A DNA stretch of 64,000 nucleotides from Heptranchias perlo (taxonomy: Eukaryota), in assembly GCF_035084215.1 (NCBI RefSeq), contig NC_090366.1, positions 13,826,001 to 13,890,000 of the forward strand. The letters are read 5' to 3'. Shown here in pieces: positions 49,701 through 62,614 of the stretch (position 1 is the first letter of the stretch; every line of letters begins with the position of its first letter). The position numbers were made by a program, and so were the translations under genes. The notes beneath the pieces were generated by a model, which had not been told where the DNA came from, searched no databases, and saw only the letters and a program-made list of their open reading frames with translations.

Positions 49701-50004
49701 GAGGTGAGCAGTCTCTTCCAATCCTGAGAGTTCTCCTGAAGTCTATCTTCTTGGACGGCACCTTACCTCATCGTCAGCTCTCACCAAACGTTCGGTTTCA
49801 CTGTCCTTTATCCTTCCTTAGCAATAGGGACCTCACATGATCGCTGACGTAATCGTCCCCTTCAACCACCCTTGGCTTTGTTGTTAGGGGTGGTCTCCTC
49901 TCCTGATAGTCCACCTTCACTTGTACATCAAGCTTCTTCCAGTAATTGTTACCCAGTCCCCCCTCAATAGCGATATCTCTGCCAATCTCAGCTAATACTT
50001 CTTG

Positions 50005-50940
50005 GGAAAATAAGAGTCTAAATGGGTTAGAAAAGACAAAGGGACCGAGGGGGACAGATTCACAAATCATTAAAAGTAGCAATAGGCCATAAAATACGCA
50101 AGCGAAGCACAGGAGGTCATTTCTAAGGGGATAGAATTTTTAAAAACAGAGAAGTAATGTCAAACTTGTATAGAACGTTGGTTAGACCACACTTGGAGCA
50201 CTGTGCACAGTTCTGGTCTCCATATACCTTGGTTGGACCACACTTGGAGCACTGTGCACAGTTCTGGTCTCCATATACCTTGGTTAGACCACACTTGGAG
50301 CACTGTGCATAGTCGTGGTCTCCATATACCTGGGTTAGACCACACTTGGAGCACTGGGCACAGTTCTGGTCTCCATATACCTGGGTTAGACCACACTTGG
50401 AGCACTGGGCACAGTTCTGGTCTCCATATTATAAAAAGGATATAGAGGCACTGGAGAAGATGCATCAAAGATTTACAAGGATGATACCAGAACTGAGAGG
50501 TTATAACTATCAGGAAAGATTGAACAGACTGGGGCTCCTTTCTCTAGAAAAGAGAAGGCTGAGGGGTGACCTGACAGAGGTCTTTAAAATTATGAAGGGG
50601 TTCGATAGGGTAGACGTAGAGAAGATGTTTCCACTTGTGGGGGAGACCAGAACTAGGGGGCCATAAATATAAGATAGTCACTAATAAATCCAATCGGGAA
50701 TTCAGGAGAAACTTCTTTCCCCAGAGAGTGGTGAGAATGTGGAACTCGCTCCCACAAGGAGTAGTTGAGGTGAATAGTGTAGATGGATTTAAGGGGAAGC
50801 TGGATGAACACATGAGGGAGAAAGGAATAGAAGGATATGGTGATAGGGTGAGATGAAGCAGGGAGGGAGGAGGCTCGTGTGGAGCATAAACACCGGGATC
50901 GACCAGTTGGGCCGAATGGCCTGTTTCTGAGCTGTAAATT
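50005..50940 (+). mobile_element. CR1 3' fragment with 51-bp tandem expansion
   Basis: ([15 protein letters not shown])x5 followed by CR1 C-terminus. Confidence 0.86.
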
Positions 50941-50988
50941 CTAAGTAATTGGATATAACTAATTCTCTGCCGCCCGGTATGTTTTCAG

Positions 50989-51270
50989 ATCGTCCCAGAA
51001 ACATCACCATCTCACTGACGGTAAACGGGAAAACAGGAGGTCACAGTATGAAAGAAAGCGATGTTGTCACTTTGATTTGCTCCACTCACAGCAGTAACCC
51101 AGCAGTCAGCGATTACAACTGGTACAAGGATGGAATTCAGGTCGGCAGAAACCACGATAAGACACTACGGTTCAGTTCAATCACTTACACTGACTACGGG
51201 GCATACTCCTGCCAGGCTAACAACGAGGTGGGGAGTGGCAATTCAGAGGACCTCACTCTGAGGGGCAAGT
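50989..51270 (+). CDS. Siglec-like exon: C2-set domain 6
   Basis: ttcag|...T|gtgagt; RPRNIT, TLIC...SNPAVSDYNWYKDG...DYGAYSCQANNEVG. Confidence 0.92.
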
Positions 51271-51364
51271 GTGAGTATATCGCAGGTTTCTCCAGTGTGT
51301 TGTCCGCATGTACTGCAGGGGAAGGACGGCTTTCCTTGGGGGTACAGTCTGTATCCCAGACCCT

Positions 51365-52665
51365 ACTGGCAGGAGGGTCGGTAACCAGAGGACACAGATT
51401 TGAGGTAATCGGCAAAAGAACCAGAGGGGGAGATGAGGAGAATGTTTTTTTGACGCATCGAGTTGTTCTGATCTGGAATGCGCTGCCTGAAAGGGCGGTG
51501 GAAGCAGATTCAATAATAACTTTCAAAAGGGGAATCGGATAAATACTCGGAAAGGAAAAATTTGCAGGGCTATTGGGAAAGAGCAGGGGAATGGGACTAA
51601 TTGGATAGCTCTTACAAAGAGCCAGCATAGGCACGATGGGCCGAATGGACTCCTTCTGTGCTGTATGATTCGATGATTCTAACCCATACTCTGACCAAAG
51701 CAACCAACTCTCTGAGTCAGCCTGGCCCAACACAAGGCTCAGGTACAACACCACCTCTGCCACCTTAAACACCAATTGCCTCCACCACCCTAAACATTCA
51801 CTCCCTTCACCACCGGCGCACTGTGGCTGCAGTGTGTACCATCCACAGGATGCACTGCAGCAACTCGCCAAGGCTTCTTCGACAGCACCTCCCAAACCCG
51901 TGACCTCTACCACCTAGAAGGACAAGAGCAGCAGGCACATGGGAACAACACCACCTGCACGTTCCCCTCCAAGTCACACACCATCCCGACTTGGAAATAT
52001 ATCGGCTGTTCCTTCATCGTCGCTGGGTCAAAATCCTGGAACTCCCTTCCTAACAGCAATGTGGGAGAACCTTCACCACACGGACTGCAGCGGTTCAAGA
52101 AGGCGGCTCACCACCACCTTCTCAAGGGCAATTAGGGATGGGCAATAAATGCCGGCCTTGCCAGCGATGCCCACATCCCATGAACGAATAAAAAAAGAAA
52201 TCATCAGACCAGACAAATCTGGCAAGTTACCCTGGATCTCACCCGTGGATCGCACTCTCGCCTCTGAGTCAGAAGGTCGTGGGTTCGAGCCCCTGTTCCA
52301 GGGACTTGAGCCCCGTAATCCAGGCCGAGGGAGCGCTGCGCTGTCGGAGATGCCGTCTTTCGGATGAGACGTGAAACCCAGGGCCCCGTCTGCCCCTCTC
52401 GGGTGGGACGTAAAAGATCCCACGGCCACTATTTTGAAGAAGAGCAGGGGGGAATTCCCCCCTGGAGCCAATCATCTTTGCTTCACAAAAAAAGCAGACG
52501 ATCTGGTCGTTTGTCACATTGCTGTTTGTGGGATCTCGCTGTGCGCAAATTGGCTGCCGCGTTTCCTACATTACAACGGTGACCATATGCTCGAAAAGTA
52601 CTTCACTGGCTGCAAAGCGCTTTTGGACGTCCTGAGGTTGTGAAAGGCGCGATAGAAATGGGAGT
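51365..52665 (+). mobile_element. Cluster: CR1 3' end (51365-51675), second-family LINE 3' end (51775-52195), DeuSINE (52250-52665)
   Basis: Similarity to other copies in the window. Confidence 0.82.
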
Positions 52666-52748
52666 TCCTTTCTTAGAAAATGAACGTCAAGGTAATTCGG
52701 CCTGTCGACAGAAAAGTGAAACGGTCCAACTATTGAACTCTGTTTCAG

Positions 52749-53030
52749 ATCGGCCAAGGGATTTTCACATTTCTTACATTGTGAATGGTGAGATCGTTGA
52801 GTTCCTACGTGGTATTAGAGCAGGCGACCAGCTAAATATATCGTGTGTGAGTGCGAACAGCGACCCGGCAGTCTCTGGATACGCCTGGTACAACTCTGAA
52901 CGCAGCATTGTTCGTCAATCGTCACTTCAGTTTCTAAGCATTACTGAGAAGGACAGAGGGGGTTACCACTGTCAGGCATCAAATGAAGTAGGAACAGGGA
53001 TCTCCAGCACCATCAACATAGAAGTGCTTT
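52749..53030 (+). CDS. Siglec-like exon: C2-set domain 7
   Basis: ttcag|...T|gtgagt; NISC...SDPAVSGYAWY...DRGGYHCQASNEVG; same length (282 nt) as domain 6. Confidence 0.92.
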
Positions 53031-53109
53031 GTGAGTAGTCTACACCGTCCTTTCTGAATCTTGAGTATCTGCTCTTTTGTGTCTCTCTCATCAGTTAAAC
53101 GAATTTCTA

Positions 53110-54290
53110 GATGTTCGTGGTTTCGAGCTCCCGCTCCAACGACCTGAGCCCCATAATCCAGGCCGACACTCCCCAGTTTCAGGACTGAGGGAGCGCTGTA
53201 TTGTCGGAGGGTCAGTACTGAGGGAGTGCTGCACTGTCGGAGGGTCAGTACTGAGGGAGCGCTGCACTGTCGGAGGGTCAGTACTGAGGGAGCGTTGCAC
53301 TGTCGGAGGGTCAGTACTGAGGGAGTGCCGCATTGTCGGAGGGTCAGTACTGAGGGAGCGCTGCACTGTCAGAGGGGCAGTACTGAGGGAGCGCCGCACT
53401 GTCGGAGGGTCAGTACTGAGGGAGCGCCGCACTGTCGGAGGGTCAGTACTGAGGGAGTGCCGCACTGTCGGAGGGTCAGTACTGAGGGAGCGCTGCACTG
53501 TCGGAGGGTCAGTACTGAGGGAGTGCCGCATTGTCGGAGGGTCAGCATTGAGGGAGTGCTGCACTGTCGGAGGGTCAGTACTGAGGGAGCGCTGCACTGT
53601 TGGAGGGTCAGTACTGAGGGAGTGCCGCACTGTTGGAGGGTCAGTACTGAGGGAGTGCCGCACTGTCGGAGGGTCAGTACCGAGGGAGCATGGCGCTGTC
53701 GGAGGGTCAGTACTGAGGGAGTGCCGCACTGTCGGAGGGTCAGCACTGAGGGAGCATGGCGCTGTCGGAGGGTCAGTACTGAGGGAGCACCGCACTGTCG
53801 GAGGGTCAGCATTGAGGGAGTGCTGCACTGTCGGAGGGTCAGTACTGAGGGAGTGCCGCACTGTCGGAGGGTCAGTACTGAGGGAGCACCGCACTGTCGG
53901 AGGGTCAGTACTGAGGGAGTGCTGCACTGTCGGAGGGTCAGTACTGAGGGAGCGCTGCACTGTCGGAGGTGCCGTCTTACAGATGAAACATTAAACCGAG
54001 GCCCCGTCAGCCCTCTCAGGTGGACATAAAAGATCCCACGGCCACTATTTCGAAGAAGAGCAGGGGGGAGTTCTCCCCGATGTCCTGGGGCCGATATTTA
54101 TCCCTCAACCAGCGTCACTAAAAAAACAGATGATCTGGTCATTTATCACATTGCTGTTTGTGGGATCTTGCTGTGCGCAAATTCGCTGGCATGTTTCCCA
54201 CTTTACAACAGTGACCACACTTCAAAAAAGTACTTCATTGGCTTTGGGACGTCCTGAGGTTGTGAAAGGTGCTGTAGAAATGCAAGTTCT
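53110..54290 (+). mobile_element. DeuSINE with ~24 copies of the 33-bp unit
   Basis: Array 53183-53968, complete core and L2-like tail. Confidence 0.9.
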
Positions 54291-54291
54291 C

Positions 54292-54568
54292 ACTGTACCT
54301 GCCCTGGGAGTGTTTGATGGGACAGTGTAGAGGGAGCTTTACTCTGTATCTAACCCTGTACCTGCCCTGGGAGTGTTTGATGGGACAGTGTAGAGGGAGC
54401 TTTACTCTGTATCTAACCCTGTACCTGCCCTGGGAGTGTTTGATGGGACAGTGTAGAGGGAGCTTTACTCTGTATCTAACCCTGTACCTGCCCTGGGAGT
54501 GTTTGATGGGACAGTGTAGAGGGAGCTTTACTCTGTATCTAACCCTGTACCTGCCCTGGGAGTGTTTG
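54292..54568. repeat. 63-bp minisatellite (~4 copies)
   Basis: Same unit as 7996-8968. Confidence 0.92.
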
Positions 54569-54699
54569 GTTGGGTGGAAATATTTCAAGTGCTGCATTTC
54601 CACACCCAACATCTCGTCCGCTTTAAATGTCCCCCAATTCTCGCCTTTCCCTGTAATATGTTTGAGGCAGTTTTAACTGAAGAACATTCTCCTTTGCAG

Positions 54700-54966
54700 A
54701 TCCTCCCAGAGACGTGAATGTAGTCCTTTTTGGCTCTGCTATAGATGGTAAATTCATTACATTGCAATGTCAATCTGATGCCAAACCTCAGGCAGGTTGG
54801 TACAGATGGAGAAAGACCTGCGAAGGTGATTCCACAAACCTCGGCAGTATTACCCATCAATTAACGTTCCAAGTTTCTGTCAGTGATGCATCCTGTGACT
54901 ATTACTGTACAGCAGGCAATACAATCGATGAAAAGATGTCCCAACCAAAACGTTTTACTGTACAGT
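54700..54966 (+). CDS. Siglec-like exon: C2-set domain 8 (extra Cys pair)
   Basis: ttgcag|...T|gtaagt; YPPRDV, TLQC...YRWRKTC...SCDYYCTAGN. Confidence 0.9.
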
Positions 54967-54979
54967 GTAAGTATCAACA

Positions 54980-55755
54980 GTGTGATATACCTTCTACATA
55001 GCCTATAGAAAGTGATATACCTTCCACACAGCCTATAGAGTGTGATATACCATCCACCCAGCCTATAGAGTGTGATATACCTTCCACCCAGCCTATAGAG
55101 TGTGATATACCTTCTACCCAACCTATAGAATGTGATATACCTTCCACCCAACCTATAGAGTGTGCTATACCTTCCACCCAACGTATAGAGCGTGATATAC
55201 CTTCCACCCAACCTATAGAGTGTGATATACCTTCCACCCAACCAATAGTGTGATATACCTTCCACCCAACCTATAGAGTGTGATATACCTTCCACCCAAC
55301 CTATAGAGTGTGATATACCTTCCACCCAGCCTATAGAGTGTGATATACCTTCCACCCAACCTATAGAGTGTGATATACCTTCCACCCAACCTATTGAGTG
55401 TGATATACCTTCCACCCAACCTATAGAGTGTGATATACCTTCCACCCAACCTATAGAGTGTGATATACCTTCCACCCAACCTATGGAGTGTGATATACCT
55501 TCCACTCAACCTATAGAATGTGATATGCCTTCCACCCAACCTATAGAGTGTGATATACCTTCCACCCAACCTATAGAGTGTGATATACCTTCTAGACAAC
55601 CTATAGAGTGTGATATACCTTCCACCCAACCTATAGAGTGTGATATACCTTCCACCCAACCCATAGAGTGTGATATACCTTCCACCCAACCTATCGAGTG
55701 TGATATACCTTCCACCCAACCTATAGAGTGTGATATACCTTCTAGACAACCTATA
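54980..55755. repeat. 30-bp minisatellite tgtgatataccttccacccaacctatagag (~26 copies)
   Basis: Starts ~14 bp after the exon donor. Confidence 0.95.
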
Positions 55756-55759
55756 CACC

Positions 55760-56150
55760 TCCAATTTAAGAACCTCATCCTTGAGTTCAAATCCCTCCAT
55801 GGCCTCCTCTTCCCTATCTCTGTAACCTCCTCCAGCCCCTACGACCCTCCGAGATCTCTGCGCTCCTCCAATTCTGGCCACTCGTGCATCCCCCGATTCC
55901 CATCGCTCCACCATTGGCGGCCGTGCCTTCAGCTGCCTGGGCCCTAAGCTCTGGAATTCCCTCCCTAAACCTCTCCGCCTCTCTCTCCTCCTTTCAGACG
56001 CTCCTTAAAACCTACCTCTTTGACCAAGCTTTTGGTCACCTGTCCTAATATCTCCGTCCTTGCTTTGGTATCCATTTTTGTCTGATTATTCCTCTGTGAA
56101 GCACTGTGTAAGGTTTTTCTATGTTAAAGCTGCTGTATATTGTTGTTGGT
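55760..56150 (+). mobile_element. L2 3' fragment
   Basis: FKSLHGL...; typical L2 end. Confidence 0.82.
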
Positions 56151-56294
56151 GTCATTGTATTTCTGGAACTCTTTTTATTTCAGATTGTTCTCATTATCAT
56201 TTTTTTAAATAATTGCCAACGCCTGGTCTATTCTCAATGATATTTTGGAGATGGATTAACTGGACAAATGTTTTAACAAATTAATTCTTCACAG

Positions 56295-56561
56295 ATAAGC
56301 CCAGAGATGTGAAAATCATTTCTTCAGGTTCAGAGAGAGAAGAGTCTTTAGTTTCTTTAAGTTGTAAAAATAATGCGAATCCTCCAGTATATGACTATAC
56401 TTGGATGAAGAGATGTAACAGAATCCCCTACAATCTACAGCAATATAAATATTCAATTACAATCAAAATTACAAGTGATGATGCGCTTTGTGACTATTAC
56501 TGTACAGCAAAGAATGCAGTTGGACATCAAGATTCTCCAAACATACGCATTAATGTGAAGT
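56295..56561 (+). CDS. Siglec-like exon: C2-set domain 9 (extra Cys pair)
   Basis: cacag|...T|gtaagt; YKPRDV, SLSC..NANPPVYDYTWMKRC...LCDYYCTAKN. Confidence 0.9.
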
Positions 56562-56574
56562 GTAAGTATCTACA

Positions 56575-58972
56575 ATGTGATATACCTTCCACCCAACCTA
56601 TAGAGTGTGATATACCTTCCACCCAACCTATAGAGTGTGATATACCTTCCACCCAACCTATAGAGTGTGATATACCTTCCACCCAACCTATAGAGTGTGA
56701 TATACCGTCCACCCAACCTATAGAGTGTGATATACCGTCTACACAACATATAGAGTGTGATATACCTTCCACCCAACCTATAGAGTGTGATATACTGTCT
56801 ACACAACATATAGAGTGTGATATACCATCTACCCAACCTATAGAGTGTGATATACCTTCCACCCAACCTATAGAGTGTGATATACCTTCCACCCAACCTA
56901 TAGAGTGTGATATACCTTCCACCCAACCTATAGAGTGTGATATACCTTCCTCCCAACCTATCGAGTGTGATATACCTTCCACTCAACCTATAGAATGTGA
57001 TATACCTTCCACCCAACCTATAGAGTGTGATATACCTTCCACCCAACCTATAGAATGTGATATACCTTCCACCCAACCTATAGAATGTGATATACCTTCC
57101 ACCCAACCTATAGAATGTGATATACCTTCCACCCAACCTATAGAATGTGATATACCTTCCACCCAACCTATAGAATGTGATATACCTTCCACTCAACCTA
57201 TAGAATGTGATATACCTTCCACCCAACCTATAGAATGTGATATACCTTCCACCCAACCTATAGAGTGTGATATACCTTCCACCCAACCTATCGAGTGTGA
57301 TATACCTTCCACCCAACCTATAGAGTGTGATATACCTTCCACCCAACCTATAGAATGTGATATGCCTTCCACCCAACCTATAGAATGTGATATGCCTTCC
57401 ACCCAACCCATCGAGTGTGATATACCTTCCACCCAACCTATAGAGTGTGATATACCTTCCACCCAACCTATAGAATGTGATATACCTTCCACCCAACCTG
57501 CAGAATATGATATACCTTCCACCCAATCTATAGAATGTGATATACCTTCCACCCAACCTATAGAGTGTGATATACCTTACACCCAACCTATAGAATGTGA
57601 TATACCTTCCACCCAACCTGCAGAATATGATATACCTTCCACCCAACCTATAGAGTGTGATATACCTTCCACCCAATCTATAGAATGTGATATACCTTCC
57701 ACCCAACATATAGAATGTGATATACCTTTCACCAACCTATAGAATGTGATATACCTTCCACCCAACCTATAGAGTGTGATATACCTTCCACCCAATCTAT
57801 AGAGTGTGATATACCTTCAACCCAACCTATAGAGTGTGATATACCTTCCACCCAACCTATAGAGTGTGATATACCTTCCACCCAACCTATAGAATGTGAT
57901 ATACCTTCCACCCAACCTATAGAATGTGATATACCTTCCACCCAACCTATAGAATGTGATATACCTTCCACCCAACCTGCAGAATATGATATACCTTCCA
58001 CCCAATCTATAGAATGTGATATACCTTCCACCCAACCTATAGAGTGTGATATACCTTCCACCCAATCTATAGAATGTGATATACCTTCCACCCAACATAT
58101 AGAATGTGATATACCTTTCACCAACCTATAGAATGTGATATACCTTCCACCCAATCTATAGAGTGTGATATACCTTCAACCCAACCTATAGAGTGTGATA
58201 TACCTTCCACTCAACCTATAGAGTGTGATATACCTTCCACTCAACCTATAGAGTGTGATATACCTTCTACTCAACCTATAGAATGTGATATACCTTCCAC
58301 CCAGCCTATAGAGTGTGATATACCTTCTACACATCCTATAGAGTGTGATATACCTTCCACCCAGCCTATAGAGTGTGATATACCTTCAACCCAACCTATA
58401 GAGTGTGATATACCATCCACTCAACCTATAGAGTGTGATATACCTTCTACTCAACCTATAGAATGTGATATACCTTCCACCCAGCCTATAGAGTGTGATA
58501 TACCTTCTACACAGCCTATAGAGTGTGATATACCTTCTACACAGCCTATAGAGTGTGATATACCTTCCACCCAGCCTATAGAGTGTGATATACCTTCCAC
58601 CCAACTTATAGAGTGTGATATACCTTCCACCCAGCCTATAGAGTGTGATATACCTTCTACACATCCTATAGAGTGTGATATACCTTCCACCCAGCCTATA
58701 GAGTGTGATATACCTTCTACTCAACCTATAGAATGTGATATACCTTCCACCCAGCCTATAGAGTGTGATATACCTTCTACTCAACCTATAGAATGTGATA
58801 TACCTTCCACCCAGCCTATAGAGTGTGATATACCTTCCACCCAGCCTATAGAGTGTGATATACCTTCTACACAGCCTATAGAGTGTGATATACCTTCTAC
58901 ACAGCCTATAGAGTGTGATATACCTTCCACCCAGCCTATAGAGTGTGATATACCCTCTACACAGCCTATAGA
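56575..58972. repeat. 30-bp minisatellite (~80 copies)
   Basis: Same unit as 54980-55755. Confidence 0.95.
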
Positions 58973-59340
58973 GACCTGATAGAGGTCTTTAAGATTATGA
59001 AGGGGTTCGATAGGGTAGACGTAGAGAAGGTGTTTCCACTTGTGGGGGAGACCAGAACTAGGGGGGCCATAAATATAAGATAGTCACTAATAAATCCAAT
59101 AGGGAATTCAGGAGAAACTTCTTTACCCAGAGAGTGGTGAGAATGTGGAACTCACTCCCACAAGGAGTAGTTGAGGTGAATAGTGTAGATGGATTTAAGG
59201 GGAAGCTGGATAAACACATGAGGGAGAAAGGAATAGAAGGATATGGTGATAGGGTGAGATGGAGTAGGGAGGGAGGAGGCTCGTGTGGAGCATAAACACC
59301 GGGATAGACCAGTTGGGCCGAATGGCCTGTTTCTGTGCTG
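58973..59340 (+). mobile_element. CR1 3' end
   Basis: FFTQRVVRMWNSLP and 3'UTR. Confidence 0.85.
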
Positions 59341-59493
59341 TTAATTCCACGTAACCTTGGTGCTCTCCTGCACAAGGGGAAGGGGGATTAACAGCGGGAG
59401 TGTCAGGAGAGGACGAGGGTGTGTGGGGGATGTGTTCCTAATGCTCAGCCGCATCTTCACCCTGCCTGAATCGTGCTTCATTTAACTTTGCAG

Positions 59494-59763
59494 ATTCTCC
59501 GAAAGACGTAAGGGTTACCCGTAGGTCACCTACGGGAGAGGTGAAGGAAGGAGACAAGGTTATCTTGAGTTGTAGCTCAACAGGCAATCCACGACCTCAG
59601 TACAACTGGTATAAGGACAGCCCTGACACCCGATCCATAAAAGAGGGCAGCCCAGAACTCATATTTAATCTGATCCGTTGGGACGATTCTGGGACGTATT
59701 ACTGCAAAGTGACGAACGAGATAGGAAGTGCCAACTCAAAACAGTTCCCCATTGACGTGATCT
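59494..59763 (+). CDS. Siglec-like exon: C2-set domain 10
   Basis: ttgcag|...T|gtgagt; EGDKVILSC..GNP..YNWYK...DSGTYYCKVTNEIG. Confidence 0.93.
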
Positions 59764-59824
59764 GTGAGTATTTGGAATTGAGGAACTGGTCTCGTCCACG
59801 AGACTTCACCCCTTATTAAAGGAA

Positions 59825-60575
59825 TCGGCCTCAGCTCCCCGCAGACCGTTCGCAACCTTGGCGTCCTATTTGACCCTGAGATGACCACCCGGCCCCATAT
59901 CCGCTCCGTCACCAAGGCCGCCTAATTCAGCCTCCGTGACGTCGCCCGTCTCCGCCCCTGCCTCAGCTCATCTGCCGCTGAAATCTCCGTCCGTGCTTTT
60001 GGTACCTCCAGACTCGACTATTCCAATGCTCTCCTGACCGGCCTCCCACCTCCCAACCTCCGTAAGCTCCGGCTCATCCAAAACTCTGCTGCCCCCGTAT
60101 CCTAACTCGCGGCAAGTCCCGTTCACCCATCACCCCCTGCGCTCGCTGACCTACATCGGCTCCCGGTCCGGGCAACGCCTCGGTTTTAAAATCCTCATCC
60201 TCGTTTTCAAATCCCTGCATGGCCCCCTCGCCCCCCCACTCCCTATCTCTGAAACCTCCTCCAGCCCGACAACCCTCCGAGATCTCTGCCCTCCTCCAAT
60301 TCTGGCCTCTTGTCCATCCCCCGATTCCCATCGCTCCACCATTGGCGGCCGTGCCTTCAGCTGCCTGGGCCCTAAGCTCTGGAATTCCCTCCCTAAACCT
60401 CTCCGCCTCTCTCTCTCCTCCTTTAAGACGCTCCTAAAAACCTACCTCTTTGACCAAGCTTTTGGTCACCTGTCCTAATATCTCCTTATGTGGCTCAGGG
60501 TTAAATTTTTGACTGATTTACGCTCCTGTGAAGCGCCTTGGGACGTTTTACTTCATTGAAGATGCTGTAGAAATG
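59825..60575 (+). mobile_element. L2 3' fragment
   Basis: RNLGVLFD...SRLDYSNALL...; L2 tail. Confidence 0.85.
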
Positions 60576-60620
60576 CCCGTTCCATCTAATGCTTCTGTGT
60601 ATCTTTGCTTCTTGTATCAG

Positions 60621-60896
60621 ATGGTCCGAGATATGCCAAAGTATCGACCTCATCACCAATGGAAGTGATAATGGAAGGGGACAATGTGACGTTAACTTGT
60701 AGCAGTGACGGTAATCCTCCAGTCAACAGGTACCGATGGTTCAGGACCCAAGGAGATTCTACGATTAACCTAGAGCGACCCAGCAAAGACCTGACCTTAT
60801 ACGGAATCACTCGGGAGCAGGAGGGTCTGTACTTCTGTGAGGCGAGCAACAGAGTCCAAACTCAACGCTCAGAGGGACAAAGGATAGAAGTTCTCT
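60621..60896 (+). CDS. Siglec-like exon: C2-set domain 11
   Basis: atcag|...T|gtaagt; EGDNVTLTCSSDGNPPV..YRWF...EGLYFCEASN. Confidence 0.93.
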
Positions 60897-60961
60897 GTAA
60901 GTATCCTTAATCCAAATTATTATTCGCTGTTGGGTTTCATGCATTGACTTCCATCGAGCCC

Positions 60962-61935
60962 ACAGCACAGAAACAGGCCATTCGGCCCAACTGGTCCATC
61001 CCGGTGTTTATGCACCACACGAGCCTCCTCCCTCCCTACTCCATCTCACCCTATCACCATATCCTTCTATTCCTTTCTCCCTCATATGTTTATCCAGCTT
61101 CCCCTTAAATCCATCTACACTATTCACCTCAACTACTCCTTGTGGGAGCGAGTTCCACATTCTCACCACTCTCTGGGTAAAGAAGTTTCTCCTGAATTCC
61201 CTATTGGATTTATTAGTGACTATCTTATATTTATGGCCCCCTAGTTCTGGTCTCCCCCACAAGTGGAAACATCTTCTCTACGTCTACCCTATCGAACCCT
61301 TTCATAATTTTAAAGACCTCGATCAGGTCACCCCTCAGTCTTCTCTTTTCTACAGAAAAGAGCCCCAGCCTGTTTGGCCTTTCCTGACAAGTTTATCTTC
61401 TCAGTTCTGGTATCATTCTTGTGACTCTTTTTTGCACCTTCTCCAGTGCCTCTATATCCTTTTTATAATATGGAGACCAGAACTGTGCCCAGTGCTCCAA
61501 GTGTGGTCTAACCAAGGTATATGGAGACCAGAACTGTGCACAGTGCTCCAAGTGTGGTCTAACCAAGGAATATGGAAACCAGAACTGTGCCCAGTGCTCC
61601 AAGTGTGGTCTAACCAAGGTATATGGAGACCAGAACTGTGCACAGTGCTCCAAGTGTGGTCTAACCAAGGAATATGGAAACCAGAACTGTGCCCAGTGCT
61701 CCAAGTGTGGTCTAACCAAGGTTCGATACAAGTTTAACATAACTTCTCTGCTTAACAATTCTATCCCTCTGGAAATGAATCCCAGTGCTTGGTTTCCCTT
61801 TTTATGTCCTTATTAACCCTTGTCGCTACTTTCAGTGATTTGTGTATCTGTCCCCCCAGATCCCTCTGCTCCTCTATCCCGTTTAGACTCTTATTATCCA
61901 AGCAGTGTGTGGCCTCCTTGTTCTTCCCACAAAAA
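60962..61935 (-). mobile_element. CR1 3' fragment with 51-bp tandem expansion
   Basis: ORF 61393-61758 ([14 protein letters not shown].)x5. Confidence 0.86.
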
Positions 61936-62614
61936 TGTGCCGCCTCAAACCTTGACTCTTCATCACAGACTGGTTTGTACCCACTCTGAGACACTGGTCC
62001 AGTTGTAAAGGAGCCTGCGAGCCATGTGATAGAAACACATGGAAATGTTTGTTAGACGTCCCCCAGTGAGGCCAGGAAAACCGCACGTCCGATCCCGGGT
62101 CTGTGCTGAGTCAGCCGGTCTTAGCCACGGCCCCGTCTCCCACCTGTCCCCCCCCCCCACGCTCCAGAGGGCAAGATCAAGGTGGGCCGTGGTGCCTTCC
62201 ACAGTCAAATAGCTCCTTGGCACTCAATGCCCAGGGCTCCACAATTGAGGAACAAGCCAATTGCACCCTGGGGGCCAGATCCCAGAGTGAAAGATTGAAC
62301 TCATTGGGTAGCTCGTTTCAGGGAGCCGGCACAGGCACGATGGGCCGAATGGCCTTCTCCTGTGCTATGATACTATGAGCTGTTGCCTTCAGAATGGGAG
62401 GCAAGCACATCCATTGCTATTTCCTGTTAAATTTCGAGGAACTTTTGCACTGTATGTTTCGTGATAAAAGTGGGGGTCGGGGGGCATTTGGTAGCAAATT
62501 GACCTTTGAGTTGCAAGATTCTGGGTTCAAGCCCCACTCTGGGCCCTAAGCACAAAGTTTAGGCCGACATTCTCGGTGGAGGGCAGCACCTTCCGGTGAG
62601 AGGTTAACTTTTTT

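Noticed and set aside
49700-50005. Possible extra exon or antisense ORF in the Siglec intron
   Set aside because: No Ig motifs, no compatible splice sites, no recognisable family.
56562-57742. 477-aa ORF extending Ig domain 9 with (CDIPSTQPIE)n
   Set aside because: Read-through of a consensus donor (gtaagt) into a 30-bp minisatellite; it would matter only with intron retention, for which there is no evidence here.
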